Source of the DNA: Girardia tigrina
Lineage: Eukaryota
Assembly (NCBI GenBank): GCA_001938485.1
Contig: MQRK01253082.1
Span: 1 to 64,000 of the forward strand
Direction of reading: 5' to 3'
DNA length: 64,000 nt
The notes under the pieces were generated by a model. That model saw nothing but the letters and a program-made list of their open reading frames with translations, made no database searches and had not been told where the DNA came from. Made by a program: the position numbers and the translations under genes. Shown piece by piece: positions 53,227 to 64,000 of this stretch. How positions within the stretch are numbered: the stretch's first letter is position 1; every line of letters begins with the position of its first letter.

Positions 53227-55142
53227 TATATCTTCTATAAAGTCTGTTCTCTTCATCATAGGGATCCAATATTTGTTATCTCTTGTCGTCACGATATTGT
53301 TTTTCAGTATTCATTCTTTTGTATTTCACATGTTAATATTTTCTTTAATCTGTCTTTAATATCGTCCAGGTATACAACTGCTTCTTTCCAGCTAAATTCT
53401 CATAACACTTGTCATTAGTTCTTGAAATGTCGCTGGGGCAGCCGCAATTCCAAATGAAATTCTTTTAAAACAATATTAGCCGTTCTTTGTCGAAAATGTA
53501 GTTTTTATTTTTGAATCGTTCTCCAATTCAACTGGATGATATGCGCTCCCGAAATCGATCGTGCTAAAGTACTTCACTCCATTTAATGTATTCAGCATTT
53601 CTTCCACATTTGGCATTGGAAATGCTGGTCTGATTGTGACTTTATTTAATTGTCGAAAATCAACACACACTCGGGTATCCTGTTTGTCTTTTTTCCATAC
53701 GCATACTAGCGGGAAATTCTACGGCGAACTGCATTTTTCAATGATATCATTTTCCTCGTAATTCTTCCTAATATCATCCAGTTTTTCCTCAGTGTTTTGA
53801 CTGTCCGTCAGTTAAATTATCGCGTATTACCGGCACTCCTTCGTTGTATCCTGTTTCTTTCTTTAGTTTTATGCTGAATTTATTTAGAAAATCTATTCCT
53901 GCAATCATTTCTGACATTCTTTCCCACTCGTCATCGGAGACTTCTAATTCTGCTACATGGTCTCTTCTATTCGTATATCCCATCCGACCTCTGTACTGTC
54001 TGTGCATTCTTTTTGTTCATTTCTGCTATTCCTTGTATCTTCTCTTCCAGATTGTGCACGTTCTCTAAATCTGTATAGATTCTCATAACATTGTGTTCTT
54101 ACATGCCCTTTCTTGTTACAATGGTTGCATTAAAGATTTGGGGTCATCGCCTCTGGGGTCATGAATGCTGTTACTAATATTGCTTTTCATTCTTCCTTAA
54201 GACCCAAAATCTTTGAATATCTCTCAAAGCTTATTAGTAATTCTTCTAATTTTACATCTAACCCATATCAATGTTTCCGGTGCCTTGATCATTGGTGTCA
54301 CTTGATCGTGTGTAACCATATTAAGAACATTTAGACAAGTCGCGTCATTATGACTCTCAGAAAGTCTTTCATCGTTTGTCATCATTCTAATTGGTTTTCT
54401 CATTTTTATATTTAATCATGATTATTCGAACAATTTTTCTAGGTTATTTTTTTAAATATATTAATTAAAAATAATAAATTTTACCATTTTTCAATAAATC
54501 CCGAAATAATAAAAATGTCATCAAATTATCAAACCTACATTTAATTTAAAATTTTCCAAAAATAATAAACTTAATTTTAACTGTTCAAAAAATTAAAATA
54601 TGAACTTATAAAATGATTATTTTAATTATGTTCGAAGAGTCACTTTAAATTTAAATAAAAAAATACCAATTTCCATCTGGGTGGAAGAATCACCATTGTA
54701 AATTCAACATTCTTAAATCAACATACATCATCACTACATTTACACATTCAAACAATTTAAACAATTTAAATACAAACAATTTAGAACCGTGTAGCACACG
54801 TTTATATTATAATTGATTTTTACAAAATTTTATTGCTTTAATACATTTAATTATGACGACCAAATGAACGCCGTCGAGATGAACTGCTTCAAAAATAACT
54901 AGAATATTTTGACAGAATTTTTCGTACCAATCTGAAACCATTAAGTAAATTTAGAGTATAATAGTGATACGAATTTGAATATATTTGTTGAAATGAATTT
55001 TTGAATCTCATTGTTGAAAGGAAATGAAGTCTATTAATCAACGAAACATTTTGATTTTTTTTGTCGAATTTTGAATTTACAATACAAATAATACCAACCA
55101 TTTCTGAATTAACGATCAATTTGGTGCCAATAATTTACTAAA

Positions 55143-56271
55143 TAGTATTTGTCCGAAAAGGCGTATTATTTCATGAATTAATATCATTTTTTACAATAAC
55201 AAAATTTTTGTAGTAAAGTACTTGCCGTTTTCTTAGATAACCTTCACCTATCTTCAAAATTCCACCGGTATAGAAATGTATCGATTTTGACTCAAAAAAC
55301 GTGACCATATGATTTTTGATAGTCACACAGTTGACAAAGGACTTTCCATTCAAATAATTCACCAAGGGCCAGAATAAAAAGAAGTCTGATAGAACAAGGT
55401 CAGGTTAATATGGTTGGTGGCATAATAACTCCCAACCAAGCTCGTATAATTTTCTATGCATGATTATAGAAATATGTCGTTTTGCATTGTCATGTTGAAG
55501 CATAACAGCTTTCCTGTTTACCTGTTCCGGACACTTTCTGTATTTTTTGGTTCAAATTTTCTAGCAGACGACAGGACACATTAGAATTAACTGTATGATT
55601 TTGTAGAAGTTCGTAAAAAAATACCTTTAAATCGTACAAAACAGAGCAGGATTTTTTTTGTGTATGGGCACCTTTGGAATGACTCGTGGAGGCTTAGATG
55701 AGTGACTCCAATTGTTTTTCTAACAACATCCACTAACATTTCTAATATCCTGTTTAAACTTTTCTAAGAAATGGCATTTTTTCTTTGCATTTTATGAGCA
55801 TATCAAATTGATCCATACAAGCAATCCATCATATCGGGAAATATAACCAAGTTTTATCCAATGATCGTGCACCGTGCTTTTTGGAACACCCCAGCCTCTG
55901 TTATATCATGAATAGTTAATCTTGGATTTTACTCAATCTGATTATTAAATTGACATTCATCAACAGCGGAAAGTCATCCAGGGCGATTGAGATATTCAAA
56001 GTCTACATTTCCATTTTTTTGAATTTAACAAACCTTACAAAAGAATTAGTTAACGTATATGCATTTTTCACTTTTTATATACTAAAAAATCATAATGTGT
56101 CGTAAATATTCCGATTTTTCTCATTTTAAAATCGTCCTTGAATTTTAAATTGTCCATTGCTTAAATAATTTTTTCAATAAAACAATAGATTAATATATTG
56201 ATATTTACTTAATAAAGTGTAGCTTTTAATTAAATTACATAGCTAATAATGCACTTTTCGGACAATCTAAT
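55143..56271 (-). mobile_element. Heavily decayed mariner
   Basis: Degenerate TIRs TTGTCCGAAAAGGCGTATTATT and TAATAATGCACTTTTCGGACAA. Remnants LQHDNAK and LGWELL...PY.PDL.LSDFFLF. Confidence 0.8.
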
Positions 56272-59200
56272 AATTGTTGATTTGCTTATTTTCAATGTAT
56301 TTCTGTACATTGACTTTATTAATTTGTAAAAATATCTTGGTGCAAAAATCGAGCAAAACTAATGTCAATGAATTAATAAAAAATGGACCAGTAGGAAGAA
56401 CAGCAAAACATATGCTCTATGACTCTGCTACCATCGATCAATCTCTAGGGTAATCTAGAAACTGTACCGTTCACGTCGTATTTCACTTATTTTCTCGTAC
56501 TATAAAAACAAATTTATCTACTATTTAGATGCTCGTATGGTTCTCCGAAGATCAGATTATGTAAACCAGCTATTGGCACCAACTTATTCGATTAGACGTG
56601 ATCGAGTCAAACCAAAAATGTCGACATAAATGCAATGATATTTATGCACAGGTGGTGTACAAGGGCTAAAAGGAAACATAAACAAATAATAATTTACTTA
56701 GTTTCCACAACAATTTATATCTGCTAGCAGTGATTGCAGAAAAACTTCTAACATCTCCAAAATCTTTTTTTAACCTTTCCAAGGAAGATCAGTGTCAATC
56801 CAGGTCCTATGATTCACGGAGACGTATAATTGCCTCCAAAAGTTTTAAAAAGAAGTTTATAATTTTATTGTGTGATATAAAAGCACTCTGCACCATGTAT
56901 ATGATTTAGGTACTTGATAATACAACAGTCTGTCGGTTTACGGTGTGTCATTGAAGTGAAGCACGATGTGGTTTAAAAAGCTGATGAGAGGACACGACAA
57001 CTGTTACTAACAGTATTGTTACTAAATCAAAGACCTTGAACCACAGTGTTTCTCTACCCAACCACAGCCCGCAACGAGTTTCTGATTGAGCCACATGATC
57101 AGAGCAGCGTCTAAATACTTTTCATTCAACGGAACACATACTTTTGCTTTGATTAAGGTTAGACATGACTAAAAAACAATATGGAGTAAATCAGATAATT
57201 GAATAATCTGAAAAAGTCGACTTTATAAGCGCGTATATTAATGAAAGTCGATCCAATAATATTTTATGATTTCAGTAATAAATCGATTTCATCACCTTTT
57301 GAGGATCATCCATCAAAGTTATGAATCGATCGTCAATATCGATTGAAATCATATTATTTGGTCCTTCGTGATAATAAATTATGTTTTAATTCGTAGCAAA
57401 TAGCATTTTAGCTAATGATTTGATCAATGAAAAGGTAAAATTATTTTATGTGACCCGAAATATAATTTGCATTAATGTTTACTATAAAAGAAGTCCTCAC
57501 TTTAATAACTTTTTAATTTCTGAAGACATATTACTTTCTTATCACATTCGAAATATCATAAACATTATAAAATTTCGTTTTAGGAAATTAATTGTTAAAT
57601 TAAATAATCCAAATTCGTGTGACTGAATCTACTCTACAAAACTGTTTAGATTGAAAATTTCAATTTTAAAACACAGATCGAACGAAAAGTTCCAAGATAT
57701 TCAAGATATAATAAATATTTAAATATTCAATTGAAAATTATTTGAAATAAGTCAAAATTACGTTTTTCCACATCCATCTTTTTAATTAATATTTACCTAT
57801 ATGTTGGTAATTTATTTCAAAATTTTGATTAAAAATATTTCATTATATTATTATTAAAATAATGATAATAAATAAAAATAATGTACATTTAAACAATCGA
57901 ACAGATTTTAGATATTTCTATAAAATTAAACCAGTATTTTTTACCATTAAAGAATTTTTAATTATTGGTAAAGAATTAATTATAAAATTCTTTGTCAATT
58001 TAAAAATGATAATTATTTTGTAGAAATATAATATTTATCGAAGTTTTATTTATTATATTTCTCACCATTTTTGATAAATTAGAGGTAACTTAAGAAATTG
58101 ATAAATACAATTAAAATAAGTCCTTTGTGTACAAAGATTTGATTTGTACCCAACTATAATTTTTAATAATCTAGCTCATAAAATTTGATTTCATGTCAAT
58201 ATCAGAGTCTCCTAAAATATAATTTTAACCTTAAAGAATTTGTATAGTTTTTTATCAATAGTAATGAAACAATATTTATTTGTTTCTTATAATTGACTGT
58301 AAGTAGCAACGGTTCTATTATTCTTGCTTCTTGTCAAATCCACTGTTTCTTCTTCGAAATTATCAAATAAACATAACAAAACTCACATTGGAACCTGATT
58401 TGACTCATTTGAGTTTGATTTCATTGAACCAAGTTATTTGTCGTTTTTAATCGTTGAGCAGAAATTAGATCGAATCCATTTAAGAGCCCTTAGTTTAAGT
58501 AAGCATTTTTTACGATGCTGTGAGTAACAAAAACTATTTGAAATTGTTATAAAAGTCATATTGTCTTCATAAATTAAAACACTTCAACCCTATACATATT
58601 AAACATAAAACCCTTATTTCATAGTAAAACCCGTAATAATCCCATTCTTTTAATCCACCTAGAAATAACATTTATCGTATTAAAACAATAGTATAAATTA
58701 AAAAAATGTATTACTAACCAGATAAAGAGAACGAGATAAACAGAGATGTTAGAAACAAAGACTTGCGACAGTCGTTTTAAGAAAACATTTATTTCAAATA
58801 TCTCCATTTATATTATTTACATTCAACAAACGATTGTGTTGCGGAGGACGTGCTTGGCCGTATATGGTTTAAAATTGTGATTTTCCAAAAACATTTTCCC
58901 CTGTCTCTGAACTTGATCGACAAATAATAACGTTTCCATTAATTTTTTTTAATATTTATATATTTCAAATATAAAACTATTAACAAATACAAACTAAATG
59001 AAAGCCCGCTAGTGTTCATATAGTTTACTTCTCTTTCTACACATTTTCTGAATAAGCTTCAACATCTGAATCTAGAATAAAAAAAGAGAAAATCAATAAA
59101 GAAGTGAAAAAGTTAATAAAAGTCATATTTAGTTTTCCTTTAAAAAAAATCATGGAAAAAACAGTGATGATGAAATAAAACATTGTATTTCCTACTGTAA

Positions 59201-59544
59201 AAGAAATCTTTTCTTAAGTTAATAACAGATGTATAAAAAAATCTAAGAAAAGCGAAAAACAGAAAAAAATTACCACTAATAATAATAATAAAATAAAAAA
59301 TAACCGCGATTTTAGAAATTAGCAACAAAACTATATATTTATTTACAATAATTGAACCAACAAACAAACAAACAATCCTTCTTTCTCTCGTTCTGTCGCG
59401 CTCTAACAGGGAAAGATTGATTGATCGATCGATTCATAGATAGAAAAACTAGCTTTTTTCTCTTGTGTAAAATATATTTTTTAAATAATTATTATTATTA
59501 TTTGATGATGAAAGAAAGAAACGTTTATTTTTATTCAAATTGAT

Positions 59545-60790
59545 TTAATTCCCAAAGAAATAATAATCTGAATTAAGAATTTTCGATCTGGGTGCAAAGA
59601 TCTCTTTACTGTTGTTTTTATTAGTATTACTATTATTACTAGTATTATTACTCGATCGCCACGGACCACTGCTGCTGTTTCTGATAATCATTGATTGGTG
59701 TGATGGAAGAGGAGAAGAATTCGATGGCTGATGTCGAATGATTTTCTCATTGATCAAATTAAATTGATTCTTATTGTCTCGTGAAACTGAACTAGTCGCT
59801 GAAGACAGCATACAGGCGGGATTATCTTCGGTATGATCAGAAATTTTAATATTATTGTTACTATGGCGGTAATAATCGGATCCAACTCCGCTTGTGCGGT
59901 ATGGATTGAATTGACTGTGATTGTGATAGTTTTGTTGACGATATTGATTGTGACGAGAGTGAGATTGGTGCTGATTCTGTTGGTTACGGGTTGCTGTGAT
60001 TGAAGCCAGTTTCTCACCATGATTATAATCGAATGATATACAAGAGGATGTGTGAGACGAGTTGTTAGTGACGACAGACTTTATCGGATTTTCTTTAGTC
60101 CCTGTGTCAGTATTATCAGTAAAAGTAACGATATTATCGAGAGTAAAATCAATGCTATTATCGGATGTGTCATTGGTTTTAGAGACATTGGTTTTAGAGA
60201 CATTGGTTTTAATGACATTGGTTTTAGAGACATTGGTATTAGGGACAGTGTTGCCAACAGTATTTTTATCAACGGTATTGTCTTTGGTGTTATCGACGAG
60301 ATTTTCGGTAGTGCTATTATCAGCTACACTTTCGTTTGGCTCAATCAAGCTCGCCGCATGGTGCATATTTGTGAATTTCATTAGAGCCTCGTTCAACTTG
60401 ACTGGATCGACTTCGGCATCTTGTGGTATTGTCGCAAGAATCGATTTGATGAGTTCTTTTGCGTTTGGAATTAATTCCGATAGAGCTTCCGATATCTCAT
60501 TCGTGTCCAATTTCTTTAAATAACTACTACCAGACTGGTGTGTGCCTCCATCGGCTCCATTGATACTATTACTGAGGCTATTGCTATTGTTGTTATTTGA
60601 TTTACAGAACGTGTTATTTGATGATTCATGGTTTTTCAGAGATGAATCAGGTTTTGTATTACTCCGAGACGATTTTATTTCACCAGATAAATCGACGCCC
60701 ATTTTATGGGCTTTCAATTCTTTTTCTTGTCTCATTAATTTTCGGCGTTTCTTACTCGATAATTCGTGACAATCTCGATCCTTCGGAAAA
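59545..60790 (-). CDS. Probable large 3' exon (about 414 aa) of a host gene encoding an Asn/Ser/Thr/His-rich protein of unknown function
   Basis: Longest stop-free ORF in the window and not TE-like. Acceptor TTTTCAG at 60791-60797 separates it from intron-like AT-rich sequence. Basic NLS-like KKRRK. 15-bp TNVSK repeats at about 60165-60240. Upstream exons not identified. Confidence 0.6.
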
Positions 60791-62379
60791 CTGAAAATTG
60801 ATAATACAATTAATATATCACTTACAAAAATTAAGCATATAAATAAATTAATTGGAAATAAAATGAAACTATATTTCAAAATAGAAAAATACTCCATTGT
60901 GCAGAAGAAATGATAATAAAAGAAAATAAGAATGATTACATTTATTAATTATAACAGGACATCATTACATTTTAAATATTCTGTAGCAAATTTCTGTTAT
61001 TGGATGAATGAAATGGGTGTGGTAACACAAACTTAAGAACTTAGTCGACAAGAGGTTAATAATAAATAATGTAGAACCCATTAAAAGCATACCAATGTGA
61101 TATTAAAATTTATTGATTCTAAATAATCATTTTGATTGTAATGCATAGAAAGACCAACAGACATAAAATGCACTTCAAATGAAATATAAACTTGTACATG
61201 AAAACAAATTATTTTGATTTACTGCAACAACGTGACTATGTAATAATTGCATATTTGTTCTACGTATAATTTTAGTTTATTAAATACTTTGGTATAAAAT
61301 AATAAGCGAGCCTTTGAGACCCGTATGGTCCATAGTGCTACATTTTATAAGTCTTTCTCGGGTAAATTAGACTGTTTTATGAAGCAATATTACGATTAGA
61401 TCATATTACTATTAATTAATGTTCCGATAGCAGTCTTAACTAAGTAATTAAGTTTCTGATAATTAAAATGATTTCGTGCAAGCTGACCCAATGGGTTAGG
61501 CAAAACTGGAAAGTTTGAAATATAAGGAAACAAAAAAACCAAATAAAAATATTAAAATAAATTTTTTTTCTTATAAATATTACTCAAAAATTTTTAATTA
61601 TTAATTTAAAATTTATAGTCACATTTTGTATCATTTTTTCAGATTTTCTTGATTAGTAAAAAACTATTTAACTAATTAAAACCAATGAAGAACAATTTAT
61701 TCAATAAATTATGCAAATATGAAACTTTTTAACAAAAATTCATTGAAGATAAGATTAAAGATAATGAAATCGATTCTCGGATTCCGCCGGCCAATAAATG
61801 CCTTCCAATTCGATATCCATTCCATCGAACAACACCGATAACATTTCGTTTTTCTTTTGCTCCGTCAATAAAATCAATTCATAAAATAACGAATTCTTAA
61901 TATAGTATACACCAGCCATTATGTATGAACACATGACTTTCTCTCAGTATTTCTTTTTATAAAAGAATAAAGCGTTTAACATCACGAGTTTTAACATCCC
62001 AATAAACAAAATATTTTGCAAACGAAACACAGTGGAATTAAAAATTAAAAGTGAATTAAGAATTAAAAAACAAAAAAAATAAAAAACAAAATTTTTGACT
62101 TTTAAAATGTAGGTAAACGAATTTTTCAGATTTGTTTTAGTAATTTCCTACTTTAAAATAAAACATATTACAAGCTTTTTGAAGCAGGAATCGTCCTGGT
62201 TTATTTTAAGGTACAAAATATTCAGAAAATTCGTCCATCACAATCCACTTAGACAAGAAAGACGTCATAAAATCATCGGTTCAACAAATTATCATTATAT
62301 TTAATGTTATAATCCTACAGGGTACAGTTAAACCAATCAATTAATTAACAAGAATTAATTAACAATCAACACAATGATT

Positions 62380-63409
62380 TGATCCAAGTGTTACCATCTA
62401 AATAATTTTGTAGAGACCGGAACAAATGATAATCAGAAGGTGCGAGGTCNGGAGAATATGGTGGGTGAGGCATGATGTTCCATCCAAGCTGTAAAAGCTT
62501 TTGGCGAGTTACCAAACTTGTATGAGGTCTGGCATTAACTTGGTGAAACACTACACCTTTTCTATTGATCAATTCTGGCCTTTTGTGTTGAAGGGATTCA
62601 TTTAATTTGTCCAGCTGATGACAGTAGACGTCCGAATTGATCGTAGTTTTGTCCGGAAGAAGCTCATAAAATACGATTCCTTTGAAATCCCACCAAACAG
62701 ATAACATCACTTTTTTTATGAATGTCAACTTTCGAAGTGCTTTGAGCAGGTTGATCTTTTTTACTCCAAGATCTCTTGCGTTTTACATTATTGTAGACTA
62801 CCCATTTCTCTCATCTCCAGTGACAAAAATCTATCATTTTCTTGACGTTTTAGAAGAATATCGCAGATGTCTAAACGACAGCATAAATTTCGTTCCGTAA
62901 GATTATGAGGAATCCATGTGTCGAGTTTTGATGTAAACCATAGGCGCTTCAAATGATCATTGACGGTCGAATTAGATAAATGTACTGTCTGGCAATTTCG
63001 CGAGTTGTTATTCGCCGGTTTGAATCAATTAATGCCTTTATTATGTCTTCGTCGGCCTCAATGGGCCTTCCGGAACGTGAAGAATCTTCAACATCTAAAT
63101 TTCCGGATCTAAATTTTATAAACCAGTTTTGGCATTGGCGTTCTGTCAACACATCTTCTCCATACAATTCGCATAATTTTCTTCTTGCTTGTACAGCATC
63201 TTTACCTTTTCGGAAGTAAAAAAGTAATACATGCCGTTAATGCTGATTCTTGCTTTCCATCTTTGATAGGTCAAAAATCAAATATAAATGTTTTCAATTA
63301 TTCCAAAATTTTCCAAATCTAACCTTGATTACCAACTGCTAAAATAAATTAAAAAAAATACATTTAAAACAAGTATTAAAAAAACGAAATGACTTTCCGA
63401 ACAACCCAA
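62380..63409 (-). mobile_element. mariner (DD34D), 3'-truncated, related to 28544-29840
   Basis: TIR CGAAATGACTTTCCGAACAACCCAA|TA. Motifs MLSVWWD, NARPH and PPYSxDLAPSDYHLF. Confidence 0.9.
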
Positions 63410-63660
63410 TATTGTTTTATGTTCAGTGATTACATGCATATATTTAAGTCACCTTATAGTAATTAAATTTCTGAATTTTTGTTTTTATTGTGAATAAATA
63501 TTTACAATGGTGATTAAAGTTATTGAAATATGTGATTATCACAACATTGCCTCTGAAAAACATACGTGGATAATATTTTTTAAAGAATCAAATCATTGAT
63601 TGCAATGATGCAAAAATTATTTGTGGTAGTGGAAAGTACCGACGGTCAACTCACAAAAAC

Positions 63661-63920
63661 TGTGGTGTTGTGTTGCCTTTCTAAATAATTCAGTTTTATA
63701 GCCTCCATTCATCCTAGTGACAAGAATGTCAGATAATGAACTTCATTCTCTTGACATTCTTGTCACTAGGATGAATGGAGGCTATAAGACTGAATTATAC
63801 AGAAAGGCAACACAACACCACAACGCAACAGATACAGGTCTTTACATAACACCACAGAGTTTTTGTGAGGACAAATATAGAGGATATGATAAAAGGTTTA
63901 AATTTGTCGTCCAATTTTGA
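63661..63920 (+). mobile_element. Penelope-like retroelement fragment (RT thumb) with 5' inverted duplication
   Basis: LHSLDILVTR...YKTELYRKAT...DTGLY resembles the PLE LxFLDvxv...TxxYRKxTxTxxY motif. 71-bp inverted repeat. Confidence 0.75.
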
Positions 63921-64000
63921 AATTGCAAATCAAGGTTTAAATATTCTTAGAGGGCGCTTGAGGGACAATATGTATACAAACAAGCAAATAGAACACAACA

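Larger units (their letters stand above)
49936..54770 (-). mobile_element. Ty3/gypsy LTR retrotransposon, internally deleted and decayed
   Basis: 3' LTR at 49936-50421 preceded by PPT CGAGGGGGA. 5' LTR at 54319-~54770 followed by TGG. Gag CNHCNKKGHVRTQC, RT CVDFRQLN and YLDDI, integrase HKMLCHAG and CGPF...IIDQFSR. RNase H appears missing. Outer end of the 5' LTR and the TSD are lost. Confidence 0.93.

Noticed and set aside
60052-60794. Several plus-strand and alternate-frame ORFs
   Set aside because: Shadow ORFs of the long minus-strand exon and its 15-bp repeats.
60791-60897. Hydrophobic N-terminal signal or TM segment of the 450-aa ORF
   Set aside because: Looks like translated T-rich intron ending in a canonical acceptor.

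Overview
Very AT-rich eukaryotic DNA, most likely from an invertebrate animal: the CLPX is of the mitochondrial C4-zinc-finger type, GT-AG introns are present and TTAGGG repeats occur. There are five assembly gaps. The window is mostly a stack of decayed, nested transposable elements: Tc1, mariner, maT and IS630-like, pogo/Tigger, piggyBac, hAT, Mutator, Helitron/Helentron-like, Ty3/gypsy with several solo LTRs carrying exact 5-bp TSDs, and Penelope-like relics. Only one probable live host exon is visible (about 59.5-60.8 kb, minus strand, unrecognised low-complexity protein). The most notable structure is a 2.2-kb, 3'-truncated copy of the host CLPX gene whose coding stretch is uninterrupted by introns or frameshifts but has two in-frame stops. 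It is flanked by a perfect 15-bp direct repeat that overlaps the CLPX codons by 8 nt. It sits inside a TG...CA solo-LTR-like element (TSD GTAAC), which lies inside a piggyBac, which appears to lie inside a mariner. Also present are a minimal type-I hammerhead ribozyme, a 92-bp palindrome-in-palindrome piggyBac MITE and a 71-bp-arm foldback at a Penelope-like RT. All calls were made by eye from the sequence and the ORF track. No database searches were run.
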